Of a stretch of DNA of 64,000 nucleotides, positions 24,261 through 36,563 are shown piece after piece. How positions within the stretch are numbered: position 1 is the first letter of the stretch; each line of letters begins with the position of its first letter. The notes below the pieces were generated by a model that worked only from the letters and a program-made list of their open reading frames with translations, ran no database searches and was not told where the DNA came from. The translations under genes were made by a program, and so were the position numbers. The DNA is from Lama glama (Eukaryota), in contig CM052816.1 in assembly GCA_028534125.1 (NCBI GenBank), positions 76,138,001 through 76,202,000 of the forward strand, written 5' to 3'.

Positions 24261-24809
24261 ATAATATAAATACAATATTTTCTGCAGTGAGGAGGGAAAA
24301 ACATAAAGACTAAATTCATGACAGAATCATATTAGTACATTTGAGTTGTGGGACAGGTCCCAGTCAAGTTGAAAGAAATGAAATTCTCTCTCTTGATTTC
24401 AGAGATCAAAATATCTGTATCGATTATCTTCAGAGATACTGAAATGTGCTCAGTAGACCACAGTAATGCTTGTGATACTTAGGAGTTTTGGATTTTCATT
24501 ATCTATTTCTGTAAAATGAAAGACTCATAGGTAAGAAGGATACTGAAAGACCTTCTAGGTGTCAATTCAAACAAATATGTCATAGGCAGTATCTGTATGA
24601 TACCCAAAGAACAGGTCAGTTGAACAAGTGACCCTGTCAGTTGTTGGACAGAACTGATCAGGGAGGCCAAGTTCTAGATCTGGGAGCCCCTGCTGAAGCA
24701 GCCTTATGGTTACAGCCTGGAGATAAGAGCTCTGTCTGGCCATTTGACTGAATATTTCAAAGTAACTCAGTCACACGGACTCTTCTCCATTTGCTTTCTT
24801 GCAGTAGGG

Positions 24810-24930
24810 TCATCATTTATTTAGTAATTTACTGAAGGTTCACAATGTGCAACTCACTATGCTGGCAGCAAATGCTTCAAAGACAAAAAAAAAAAATACA
24901 ATCTTTGATCTAGAGAATGGTTTAGTCACC
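24810..24930 (-). mobile_element. L2 3' end relic
   Basis: catttatttagtaatttactgaaggttcacaatgtgcaactcactatgct. Confidence 0.5.
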
Positions 24931-25116
24931 ATAAAAGGCAACCAAGATAGGAGAAGTCATAAGAGCTCAGGAGAGTTTTCTTCATAAATGACAAAATTGA
25001 TAAAATAACTCATGTACTTAAATGTTTTGAGAGGGTATTGAAACATTTTGGGGAGACCTTGAGTCTGAATTATAAAAACATGCAAAGCCTTTTCAACAAG
25101 TGAAAAATTAAGACAA

Positions 25117-25174
25117 TTATTCTACTCAGTTTTGCTGGGAACCTAAAATTGCTCTAAAAAATGAAGTCTATTTT
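25117..25174 (+). mobile_element. 58-bp L1 extreme 3' end (L1MC-like) with 14-bp TSD
   Basis: ctcagttttgctgggaacctaaaattgctctaaaaaatgaagtctatt flanked by aaaaattaagacaa at 25103-25116 and 25175-25188. Confidence 0.8.
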
Positions 25175-25685
25175 AAAAATTAAGACAAATATAATCTATA
25201 GAGCAAAACAAAATATGCAAGAAAAGGAAAGTAATCACCTTGTATTACATGACACAGCTGTGAGGAGCATTTCCATTTGCGTACTAATGTAGACAGTGAA
25301 TACTTAACTATCCAAAATTGCAAAATAAATATATTGAGAAGATGAGGAGACAGGAAGTATATGTCTGTATATTTGAGGAAATTGCAATCCTATTAAACGC
25401 ATGTTAAACTTTATATAATAAGATTTTTCAAAGTGTCTTTAGCATGCACTTCCTTCTAGATGTGCTCTACTTTTTACTTTATTTTCATTTTCTGTTGATA
25501 CATTGCTATTAGCTAGAATTATAATATGTTTTAAATATGGACATATACTAGAAAGTACACCAAACATTGGGCCCCCATCAGTCAAATCTTTTAAGGTTTT
25601 AACTAAATGAATATTGTGAAAAATATGAGAAGAAACAATATTTGATAAGACTGACTCTCCAAAAGTAAATAACAGAGTATTAATA

Positions 25686-26062
25686 CAGTCATTTCTCGGC
25701 ATCCTCAGGAGTTGGTTCCAGGATCTCCTTCAGATACGAAAACCCTTGAATGCTCAAGTCCTTTTTGTTAAATGGGTTGTATTTGTACATAACCTATTAA
25801 CACACTCCTGTATACTTTAAATCATTTTTAGATTATGTATAATAGCTAATGCAATATTCATGCTATATAAATAGTTGTAAATACAATGTAAATGATATGC
25901 AAATAGTTATAAAGACCATGTAAATATTATGCAAATGGTTGCTGATGCACACAGTAAATTCAAGTTTTGCTTTTTGGAACTTTCTGGATTTTTTCCCTAA
26001 TTTTTGACCTGTATTTGGTTGAATTTGTGAATGCGAAACCCATGGATACCAAGGGCCAACTG
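25686..26062 (+). mobile_element. MER2/MER2B Tigger-family MITE
   Basis: Inverted termini cagtc.. / ..aactg flanked by TA on both sides; ttggttccagga, tgctcaagtcc, aaattcaagttttgctttttggaact. Confidence 0.9.
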
Positions 26063-26659
26063 TATTACTGTTATTTTCCATGATGCTCTTGAATTAACAG
26101 AGGTAATTTCCCTTATTAAATAAAGAGTTTGGGCCTGTCCAAAAATAGTGATAATACTAAGAATAATGAGATACATACTATAAAAGAGGTTCTCACAGAA
26201 TATCCTGAAATATCAGAAGAGAGACAAAACTTTCCCAGTGTTAGGTGATGAGGAAAGATTAAATGGAGCAAGTGATTTGCATGGAGTTTGCACCAGTACA
26301 GTGAGTACAGAAAGCTTTATCTACCACTCCTTTGTGACTTTGCCTACTTTTGGTAATCTTTTCTTTCTAGCTGCTTCAGTATATTTTGTTTTTGATACTT
26401 TGCTTTTTCACTTTGATGTATTAAATATGAATTCTTTTTATCCTGCTTTTTGGGGTATTTTTGTCCTCCCTGGATTTTTTATCCAAGTCATTCACCAATT
26501 CTGAAATATTTATTCATTATCATTTCAAATATAGCCTCTCTACTGCTGCCATGTGGAACTCCAATAGATGTATTTTAAATTCTTTCTTCCTTTTAATTTT
26601 TATAATTTCCCTTTGTCTCTCTTGGTTTCATCCTAGGAACTTTCTTTCAGTTCACTAAT

Positions 26660-27360
26660 TCTATTAGTTTGTTGCTGCTGCATAACAAACCACCCCAAAA
26701 CTCAGTGATTTAAAACAACAAAGCATGTATTATTGCTCATGAACCAGGTCTGCAGACTGATCCTTTGGGTCTTAATTGAGTTCACTTGCATGTTATAGGC
26801 AGCTGTGGGTTGGCTGTGTGGCTTTGCTGATTTTGCTGGTTTCAGCCAGAATGTCTGGGGCCTTATCTGGGATGACTCAGCTGTGCTCCAGGTAGCTCTA
26901 GTCCTCCAGCAGGCTAGACCATGAATATTCTGATGGCAGTGTCAGGGTTACAACAGAACAAGGAGAAGCACAGGAGGCCTGCTGAGGCCCTAGGCTAAAA
27001 TTAGCACGTTGTCAGGTTTCATTATTACTTTTGAGAGCCTGAGGCACTTTCGCCTTTGTGGATCTCATTCCATAAAAAAGTATTGGCATAAAGATGAATA
27101 TAATCCAGCTTGGACTCATTACTGTGTACTTGTTATTGTATTCATCTTTGTGAGCCTCTAAAAGTATTGGGAACCCTCAACTACCATACCTAATGGCTCA
27201 GTCAGCCCTGTACACCATCACTTCTGTACAAGAGCAGACTGTAAGACTGGGGAGATAAATTCTACCATTTGATGGGAGGAGCTGCAAAGTTACATTGCAA
27301 AGAGTATAATTTATAGGGAGGGATGAAGTGTTGCATCCATTTTGTAATCAATTAACCACA
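26660..27360 (-). mobile_element. MaLR solo LTR (MLT1J/K-like) containing a hAT MITE
   Basis: tgctgcataacaaaccaccccaaaactcagtgatttaaaacaac; tttgatgggaggagctgcaaagttacattgcaaag; ends aaccaca. Confidence 0.85.
27013..27210 (-). mobile_element. hAT-Tip100-type MITE (ORSL-like)
   Basis: Termini cagg.. / ..gccctg; minus strand cagggctgactgagccattagg..ccaagctggattatattcatctttat..aaaggcgaaagtgcct; family name from memory. Confidence 0.7.
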
Positions 27361-28864
27361 TCAGTGTTCTCTTCCTGTAAATTTAATCTATTTGGTTCAT
27401 CTCCTTTTTTGTTTCTTACTTAATTTTTTGCTCATTTTAATTTTCTCCTTTTGTTTCCCCAAACATATTTATTTATTTGAAACATTGATTCTGATAATGA
27501 TAATACGTAAAGTGCTTTTAAATCTAATTTTCAAATCTAGTTTTTGTTTCTGCTAGCTCTTCCTCTTTGGGCCTTTTTTTTTTTCCTTTTTGGTATAATT
27601 TGGCAACTTTGGTTTGATGGTATAGTCTATTTGCAATGTCCAGGATATTAAACTCAGAATCATGTGAAGCTTACTTCTTGCTTTGGAGGCTTTTTTTTTA
27701 TACATTGACACGGTAGGTAATGTGCATTCAATTACCAATCCACAAAGATTCATCTAATCCTTAGGGAAGATGTTTTTCTGCCCCCGGAGCTGAGGCAGAA
27801 AGTTAAGTTTCTGTACCATCTCTTTTTGTAGAAGGAGGTAATTTTTCCTTTGGCTCACCCAAAGGTCCCAAGGCTGTTTTTCCCTTTTCCTGAATGATCC
27901 TATAAAACAAAGCATTCAGTTTTTGTTATTGATGAATGTTCCCTGGGTAAACCCATTTTTCCTGAGCTTGCCCACTACTGTAGTTTCAGCTTTTTATTTT
28001 TGTCCAGAGGTAGTCTTTTAGTTTCCTGTGAGCTTGGCCTTTCAAAAAAATGGGAAGCAGAACAAAACAAAATATTTTGTTTTGTTGTAGTTATTTTTTG
28101 CTGTTCTGTAGTTGGATGCTTAAAAAATATGTAGTCTACCACCATGCTTTAAATAAAAGCCAGCCTTACATGCTTTAAAACACACAAACAAATAAAAATC
28201 AGTGAACAAATAAATTCTCCATTTACAAGGTAGAATTGAAGAATAGGAAGTGGACTGGAGACCCAAAGAAGCTGTGGCTAGGAACTCAGGCTAAAACTCT
28301 GCTTGACTTATTTGCAGGCCTTGGTATCTCACCTCTCCTGCTCTGTTTTAATCTTTCCATACATATCAGTATAGTCAGTGTCTCCATTTCTTCCATAAAC
28401 CTGCCTTATGTTCTAGGTTGGTCTGTTTCGACCATTTGATACCTTATGCCCCATCAGATCTTATTTGGCCTTCATCTTCTCACAGGATTTTATTTTATTC
28501 TATCTTGATAAGAAATTAATAATAAAAAATGGTAAGAAAAGATCTGTTTATTTGCTTGTGATTGAAAATGGATTAATGTATATCTAAAGGAAAAAGTTGT
28601 GAATTTAAGTCCTTTTTTTCTGACATTTAATTACATGAGACTCCAAGGTTATCATTTATATTCTCCATGTTCTTGCTTTCTTATTTAGGTAATAAAAACT
28701 TTCCTGTCTTTTACAAAGGCTATATATTATATGACGTGTATAAAAGTACTTTGTGAATTATGATGTGCCAAGTAATAAGAAAATAGTATTACTATTTACC
28801 CCCACCTGTTTCAGTTCAATGAAGATATAGATTAAAAAAAAAAAGTAACAAAAACAATACAACC

Positions 28865-29130
28865 AAGCATGACCTGTACTTTCAAGGTACTCATTTTGTA
28901 GTGCAGAAGACGAGATGTAAACTCACAAATGGCCTAGGTGTGCCTTCGGGGCGCAGAATGAGGTCTGGTGCTGGCACAGAGTGGAGAACAGTCATCTTGC
29001 CCCAACTGGGTGGTAATGGTGGCTTTCACTAAGTGGTAACACCAGAGCAAAGTCCTTTTGGGAAAGGATGGATTCCCTAGAGCCGTAATAGATTTAACAA
29101 AGATTTTTATGGGCAAGAATGTTTTAAAGC
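28865..29130 (-). mobile_element. L2 relic
   Basis: acctgtactttcaaggtactcattttgtagtgcagaagac..ggctttcactaagtggtaacac. Confidence 0.5.
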
Positions 29131-29614
29131 TAGTGTCAAAGAATAAAACAAAGACGTCCAGAGCAAAACCAACAACAATAAACCAAGTCTAACACATTAA
29201 CCTGCTAGGCAAGAGAACACAGAGCAGTGAAGAATTTCAATTCACTGAGTCATTTGCTGAAGGAGAAAATCAGGGGTCTTTACATGCTAGCAAGGAGGAG
29301 TTCATAATTATAATAAGCATAGAAAACGAGCACTGTGAGAGGGCAGGATAAGTCCATAGGTCTGTGTACACATGGTTAAAGTAGTCTCATTTTTCTTTTT
29401 TCCAGAAAGTGTCTTCAATTAGGTTTAGCAAAGATCTGGCATCCGGGTCACTCAAAGTTCAGGGAAACTAGTTGTTTAGAGCCAGCTGTGATAAAACACA
29501 GCGGTCAGTTCTGATATCTCCTAGGCAAGTGCCATTACAAGTGGAAAATTTTTATTCACATTGGCTTGAGGCAGATGCCATATTTAAAGGCGTGGAAACT
29601 ACGCCCCTAGACTC

Positions 29615-29955
29615 TGCCTTACAGCTCGAAATGTGGTCTGTGGACGGATCATAGGTGTTACCTGGGTACTTGCTGGAGGCGCAGATTCTTAGACCACCCC
29701 CCTCCTCCTTTAATTCTACTGAGTCAAAACTTGCATTTTAGTAGGTTTTTCATACACACATTAAAGAAGAAGCAACACCTTTAAAACAAGGTTCTAAAGT
29801 AGTGGTTATCCAACTTTGGTATGTTAACAGAATTAGCTGGAGAGCTAGAGTCCCAGACTCGTTTTTGGGTGGAATAAGGCTTGGAGCTTGTATTTTCGCC
29901 AAATTCCCCAGGAGATTCTGATATTGGTTAAAGTTAGAGAACCACTATTTTAGAA
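29615..29955. mobile_element. Two adjacent MER5-family hAT-Charlie MITEs
   Basis: aaatgtggtctgtggac..ctactgagtcaaaacttgcatttta and gtagtggttatccaactttgg..ttccccaggagattctgat..gagaaccact. Confidence 0.75.
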
Positions 29956-31159
29956 TATGCTTCTCCTATTCAGGAATCATGAGTTCAAAATCTGCACACA
30001 TTAAGGAGATACAATCTCTTTAAAGTCCTGGTTGTATTACAGAACCAAACCATATGTGACATTTTAACTGGAATTCACCCATTACAGTTACAAAGTCATG
30101 AGGATTTTATGACATCTAGAATTCCAGTCACCTGAAAACATATCTAGCACATGGTAAAATCATTTTTCTTTTACAAGAAAACTGTACATAAAAAATACTG
30201 CATCTATGAGAACATTCCAATGAGGATAATCTGCTAAGAAACAGAAATTCCCAGGTCTTTGTAAATGGTGGGAAATAGCTATGATAACTGTTTACTGCAG
30301 CAGAGTAAGGATTAAAATTCAGCTTAAATTTAGGAAATTTCTCCATGTGTTATATATCAAGTGACTGTATTTCTTTGTTTAACAAATTAGAAACTTCCTC
30401 TTTCAGTTAATGAAAGCCAGGTTTTGTTCTCAAAGTTTCTTTTACAAAAAGGTAAATTTTGGTGTGTCATATTTAAAATTCTAACTAAAAAATGACAAGC
30501 ATTTTTCCCACCATTTCTCTCTGGGGCACCCTGGTGTCAGCACCAGGAAGAATGAGGTCATGTGCTTTTAATAAACCCAAATGCCAGCAAATATAGGAAA
30601 TTATTTGGTGTTTCCTTTACTGGATACAAAACCTTACCTTTATTAGTCATTTAATTATGAGTTCAGAAATGAATTTGTGATGTGAAAGAACAATATTCAT
30701 TAATAATTAGGGAAATGAGCAATGCACCAAATTTTCTAATAGGTCCAACCCTTCTTTTTCCTGTATGGTAAACATTCGTGAAGGAAATATGCTTTAATAA
30801 GATAAGAGATTTCCGTAGAGGCCTATTTGTTACTTCTCCCTGAGTAGATTCAACGTGAGACTGGCAACTGTTTTAAGAAATAACCTCTAATCCAGCTTGT
30901 TATTAATTACATACTGCTTAGAACATAAAATTCTCAGCTTGCTTTTGAAAGTGTTACAGATAAGACCCTCATTTTGCACTTGAGGAAAAAATGAAGCCAG
31001 AAAACTAGAGAAACCTGTTTACAGATTTGAGAGTCCACAATAGTTCTCTTGACTTTTAATGCCAGGATTACTCCAGTAAACCTTTTTGCGTTTGATTGTA
31101 TCTCAGCAAGACATTTATAGAAAAGAAGCTGGGATATTCTGAAGAAGAATACAAGCTTT

Positions 31160-31955
31160 AAACATGTGCATAATTCGGGATTCAGTAATTCCATATCAGA
31201 CCTTCATCCTAAAGAAATACTCAATAACATATATGAAGATGTATGTAAAAGAATATTTATTGCAATGCTATGAAATATGAAAAAAAATTTATCTGTAACT
31301 CTGACTTCAGTTTAAGAAAGATGAATCGTGTTAAATGGCGAACAGTTTAGAAGGGAAATGAGCTTATTGTCTATATAAGTTCACATATAAAAAGTTTAGT
31401 GAAGTCTAAATTAGTCATTAATGATTTAGGGTCCGGATGCTCAGTCTGGAGAACTTGAAAAGGTATATCTATCTGAGGAAATGCTGCCTAGCTTAGAGAT
31501 AGCATGGGAAAGCAGATGCCACCTGAAACTACAAGTTCCTGGTTATTCTTTGGAATCTTGGGTCTTTCAGGCAATGGAAATAGTGTTTTCAAGAAAATAA
31601 GTCTGAACCTCAGGGGATAAGATTGTTCATTAAATATCCAACCTATGTGAATACTAGTAAAATATTTAGAGCCACTTAAATATTCAAATGTGGGACATTA
31701 AACTGTGGTATTTAGTAGCATAATATTAGCCATTAAAATTCTTTTAAAAGAATGTTTTAAGAATATGAGAAGATAGTCACAATGAAATTCTAGGTTTGAA
31801 AGAAAGTGTGTTAAAAAATAGTATGTTCAGCATAATCTAAAATTTTTGCCAGTATATCTAGGTACCTACAAAGAAGGATAAAAAGATATACATGCAAATA
31901 TTTACAGTGATTATCTCTAGGTGGTGGGAATAGAGATTTTTTTTTTTTGTTTATT
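31160..31955 (+). mobile_element. L1ME-like ORF2 end/3' UTR fragments (tail resumes ~32865-32925)
   Basis: cagtaattcca..atcctaaagaaatactc..gaatatttattgcaatgct; acagtgattatctctaggtggtggga. Confidence 0.6.
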
Positions 31956-31969
31956 GGGACATAAAATAA

Positions 31970-32612
31970 CATATTCATTGTCTGTTGCTGGTATAATAAA
32001 TTACTACACGTTTAGCAGCTTAAAACGACACCAATTTTATCATCTCACAATTCCGTAGGTCAGAAGTTTAGTAGGCCCAGCTGATTTCTCTGCTCTGGGT
32101 TCCTTAAGGCCAAAATCAAGGTGTCTGCCAGCTGCAGCTGTTACCTGAAGGCTCTGGAGGAAAATGCATTTCTAGGTTCTTTCAGGCTGTTGAAAGAATT
32201 CAGCTGCATGTGATTGTAAGACTGAAGCCTCCATTTCCTTGTAAGCTGTCGCCAGAGGGGGTGGTTCTTAGCTTCTAGAGATTGTCAGCATTTTCTGCCT
32301 CATAACCGCCTTCATCTTCAAAGTCAGTAACAGTGGGTAAGCTCTCTCTCATGCTTTCCATCTCTTTTGCCTTTTTATTCCATGGCATCCCTCTGACTGA
32401 ATCCAGCTAGAGAAATTTCTCTGATTTTAAGTCTTTAAAGGATTAGTTTGGGGCCACTGGGATAACCCAAGATTCATTAAAATTCCACTGATTAACAACC
32501 ATATGTTCATGTTCAAAGTCCCTTTTCCCATTTAGCATAATGTGTTCATAGGATCTGTGGATTAGGGTATAGACATCTTTGGCAGGGTACGGCAGTTCTC
32601 TGGACTACAACA
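31970..32612 (-). mobile_element. MaLR solo LTR MLT1E-like
   Basis: aaattactacacgtttagcagcttaaaacgacac..atctcacaattccgtaggtcagaag, aaggccaaaatcaaggtgtc; 5-bp TSD aataa/aatag. Confidence 0.88.
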
Positions 32613-32862
32613 AATAGCACAGTAGTTAATGGCATGGGCTCTGAAGACAGATGACAGACAGACCTTGTTTGTATTCCCAAAGCTGCCACTCAATGTATGT
32701 TGACTTTGAGGAAGTTAATCCATTCACATTCCAATTATCTCATGTATAAAATGGGGATCATAATTATACCTATTCATTGGACATTTATGAAGATTAAATG
32801 AGATACTACATTAAAAGCATGTGGTGCAATTCTCAATAAAGTTTAACCATGACATTATCATT
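32613..32862 (+). mobile_element. MIR SINE, near full length
   Basis: gcacagtagttaatggcatgggctctgaagacaga, ctcatgtataaaatggggatcataat, gaagattaaatgagata. Confidence 0.85.
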
Positions 32863-33014
32863 GTTATTCTTTATACATTTCTGTGTTTTCTACAGTGAAC
32901 ACGTTAGTAGTAATAAGAAAAATAATGCAAATTATTTTAGATGCAAGAAAGTTTAATCCCATTCATATGGTTCTGTCTATTGGTGAATACATATTTTCTC
33001 ATTTTTAAAACAGT

Positions 33015-33197
33015 ATTTTTCTGTAGCACTTAGTAACAATATGTCATTTCATATATGTATGTTGAGATGCATATATGTTTATTTACTGTCTTCTCCAAGT
33101 ATAGTAGTGCTATCTTGTCCCCTGGTGTTTCTTCAGTGTTTAAAAAAATTCCTGGCATCTAGTAGGTGCTTTATAAATATATGTTAAGTAAATGAAT
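33015..33197 (+). mobile_element. L2a-like 3' end
   Basis: cctggcatctagtaggtgctttataaatatatgttaagtaaatgaa. Confidence 0.75.
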
Positions 33198-33337
33198 TTT
33201 TAATACATCCATATGAGTCTAATTAAAAGAACTTTGGATCACTTAGCAATTTTCCCTGTACCTACATTCCCTAGAAAGAGAAAGGCAAAACAATGACAGT
33301 CTCTTCATTTTTAAACTGAAGTTTTCAAAAATTTAAG

Positions 33338-33992
33338 TTTTTTTTTNNNNNNNNNNNNNNNNNNNNNNNNNNNNNNNNNNNNNNNNNNNNNNNNNNNNNN
33401 NNNNNNNNNNNNNNNNNNNNNNNNNNNNNNNNNNNNNNNNNNNNNNNNNNNNNNNNNNNNNNNNNNNNNNNNNNNNNNNNNNNNNNNNNNNNNNNNNNNN
33501 NNNNNNNNNNNNNNNNNNNNNNNNNNNNNNNNNNNNNNNNNNNNNNNNNNNNNNNNNNNNNNNNNNNNNNNNNNNNNNNNNNNNNNNNNNNNNNNNNNNN
33601 NNNNNNNNNNNNNNNNNNNNNNNNNNNNNNNNNNNNNNNNNNNNNNNNNNNNNNNNNNNNNNNNNNNNNNNNNNNNNNNNNNNNNNNNNNNNNNNNNNNN
33701 NNNNNNNNNNNNNNNNNNNNNNNNNNNNNNNNNNNNNNNNNNNNNNNNNNNNNNNNNNNNNNNNNNNNNNNNNNNNNNNNNNNNNNNNNNNNNNNNNNNN
33801 NNNNNNNNNNNNNNNNNNNNNNNNNNNNNNNNNNNNNNNNNNNNNNTTTAGGTCTTCTGCCCATTTTTGGATTGGGTTGTTTATTTTTTTCTTATTGAGT
33901 CATATGAGCTGCTTATATATTCTGGAGATCAAGCCTTTGTTGGTTTCACTTGCAAAAATTTTCTCCCATTCCGTAGGTTTTCTTCTTGTTTT
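33338..33992 (-). mobile_element. Young 5'-truncated L1 spanning the gap
   Basis: Poly-T enters the gap on the left; L1 ORF2 sequence (tttaggtcttctgcccatttttggattgggttgttt..ttttctcccattccgtaggtt) exits on the right. Confidence 0.8.
33347..33846. other. Assembly gap (500 N)
   Basis: Run of exactly 500 n. Confidence 1.
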
Positions 33993-35256
33993 TGTTGTTT
34001 CATTTATCTGAAATATTCTTCCATTTTAGTATGTTTAAAGTGTATTTGTTCTCATGGAACCTCCTGTTGAAGTCAAGAGAGGTAAATGTGCACAATAATT
34101 TCAATTTCAATTATGAAAAACTATTATATACCCAAGCCAGTAAGATTTATTTACTTTCACTGATAAGAAACCTTGACTCTCAATATGTGCGATGGGAGCA
34201 GAGAGTCATGTTTTCAATGTGTGATACAAATTTGTCCAAAAACTCTTCATGAGTTTACCTTTGCCTAAAACTTCCCTGCTTTCTTATACCTGAAATTCCA
34301 CAGTTCTGTTTCTCTTAGTATGAGTGTTTGCATTTTAATTCTTTACACTTAGTGTGAAAGAATCTTATAAAGACACACTAGAAGGAGAGAAAGGAGAAAT
34401 GGTGAAGAAAGATGCTCTGTGGAGGAGGAGGGGGCCACCAGTAAGCAGAGGAGGAAGAGATGAGAATAGGATCAAAAGACTTGGCACTGAAGGACTCATT
34501 TCACCTTCATGTCCCTGGAGCAGCTCTGTTTTAAAACACCTATGAGCTGAAACTTGGAAATTTTAGTATCTACACAATCCCACTCTGATCAACAAATCAA
34601 GAGCACAATGAGAGGCAGATAATAAGAGTTTAGTTTTTGGTGGGATTAAGGGATCATGGCAGGGAGGGGACTGGAATGCAAATGCCCCCTTTGTTCAGAC
34701 TGCCTATGTGTGTTCTCTCAGGTTGGTTAACAGTAGGGAGCAAACCTGGACTAGCTGGGGATTTTATTCCATGTGGTAGATGATTATGGAAAATGTGTGA
34801 CTAATGCACATTTAGTAAGCCAAATCACAATTGGGCAGCTAACAACTTGGCTAATATATCTACTCTACGTGTGTCTGATGACTTGAGATAAGGATGCTGT
34901 ATTATAGGCTTTGACTCCATCTTTACCAGGTCATTAGGTCAAAAGAATCATGAAAAGAAAATAGTTAATGAATACATCATTATGGTCCAGTGCAACAGAT
35001 ATGAAAATCCATAATTACAATACAAAGAAGAAAATTCAGAGAGTTTTGTTAAAACCCCTGATATACAGAAGAAGCAGCTCTTCTGTTTTTAAAGACTAAC
35101 ATGAGGCTGAGCCCTATTATCTCCACTACTGTTTTCAAACTTCATATATTTTGCTAGTAAATTGTGAAATAATTTAGTAAGTTCAATCCAAATATTAAAA
35201 AAATGAACTAAAGCAGAATGGAAAGCAGAATTGAACTAAAATTTAGCACTGCTTTC

Positions 35257-36122
35257 TTTTTTTTTAATTTTATTTTATTGAATTATAGTCAGTTTACAAT
35301 GTTGTGTCAATTTCCAGTGTAGAGCACAATTTTTCAGTTATACATGAACATACATATATTCATTGTCACATTCTTTTTCACTGTGATGAGCTGAAAGATC
35401 TTGTATATATTTCCCTGTGCTATACAGTATAAACTTGTTTATCTATTCTATATATATCTGTCAGTATCTACAAATTTTGAACTCCAAGTCTGTCCCTTCC
35501 CACCCCATCCCCCTGGCAACCACAAGTTTGTATTTTATGTCTATGAGTCTGTTTCTGTTTTATATTTAAGTTCATTTGTCGTCCTTTTTTTTTTTTTAGA
35601 TCCATATCTAAGCGATCTCATATGGTATTTTTCTTTCTCCTTCAGGCTTACTTCACTTAGAATGATATTCTCCAGGGACATCCATGTTGCTGCAAATGGC
35701 ATTATATTGTCATTTTTTATGGCTGAATAGTATTCTCTTATATAAATATACCACAACTTCTTTATCCAGTCATCTGTCGATGGACATTTAGGCTATTTCC
35801 ATGTCTTGGCTATTGTAAATAGTGCTGCTATGAACATTGGGGTGCAGGTGTCATTTTGAAGTAGGGTTCCTTCTGGATATATGCCCAGGAGCGGGATTCC
35901 TAGGTCATATGGTAAGTCTATTCCTAGTCTTTTGAGGAATCTCCATACTGTTTCCCACAGTGGCTGCACCAAACTGCATTCCCACCAGCAGTGTAGGAAA
36001 GTTCCCTTTTCTCCACAGCCTCTCCAGCATTTGTCATTTGTGGATTTTTGAATGATGGCCATTCTGATTGGTGTGAGGTGATATCTCATTGTACTTTTGA
36101 TTTGCATTTCTCTGATAATTAG
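35257..36122 (-). mobile_element. Young 5'-truncated L1 with perfect 13-bp TSD
   Basis: ORFs 35793-36137 and 35541-35756 encode the ORF2 C-terminus, with an intact CCHC knuckle ([18 protein letters not shown]) and one CAG>TAG stop after TWK; TSD tagcactgctttc 35244-35256 / 36123-36135; tttc/aa endonuclease site. Confidence 0.97.
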
Positions 36123-36139
36123 TAGCACTGCTTTCAATT

Positions 36140-36495
36140 ATGATTGAAAACAAGTCACAATAGTATTAGCAGTACCTGCAACTCTGTCACCAATAAATAG
36201 AGTGTTTTTATATCATATTATGATTGTTGCAGATATTTCAAAATATTGTTTGGGCTCAATCATGCAAAATTATAGTAGTTACTCTAATTGCCTCCAGACG
36301 CTGTTATTTAATGTGACCATTAAGAAGCACATATATTATTATATCACAATTTTTAACACTTTGATAACTATTACAATACATTAATTTCCTTTGTTATATT
36401 GTTTGCTTGATTTCTATTAATATAAAAATGTTATTTTAAGAAAGTAATTGTAGGTTCACCAGACTTCTCAAGGGCCTAGACACCAAAAAAGAGGA
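36140..36495. mobile_element. hAT-Charlie relic (Charlie2-like)
   Basis: attagcagtacctgcaactctgtcaccaata, ttgttgcagatatttcaaaatat, aagaagcacatatattattatatcaca, ttcaccagact; subfamily from memory. Confidence 0.7.
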
Positions 36496-36563
36496 AAGAA
36501 AGAAAGGGAGGGAAGGAAAAGGAGGGAAGGAAGGAAGGATGGAAGGAAGGAAGGAAGGAAGGA
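36491..36563. repeat. Polypurine (GGAA)n-type microsatellite
   Basis: Directly visible. Confidence 0.95.

Larger units (their letters stand above)
26330..28150 (-). mobile_element. Old L1/HAL1-type ORF1 and 5' region, split by a nested MLT1
   Basis: Reversed ORF1 signatures (tctagctgcttcag, tcaccaattctgaaa..tcaaatatagcctct, ggaactccaat, ctttcagttcactaattc); continues after ~27360. Confidence 0.55.

Noticed and set aside
29200..29580. Possible old LTR fragment
   Set aside because: LTR-like texture only; I could not identify termini, a TSD or a family.
33325..33864. 179-aa ORF
   Set aside because: Artefact of translating through 500 N.
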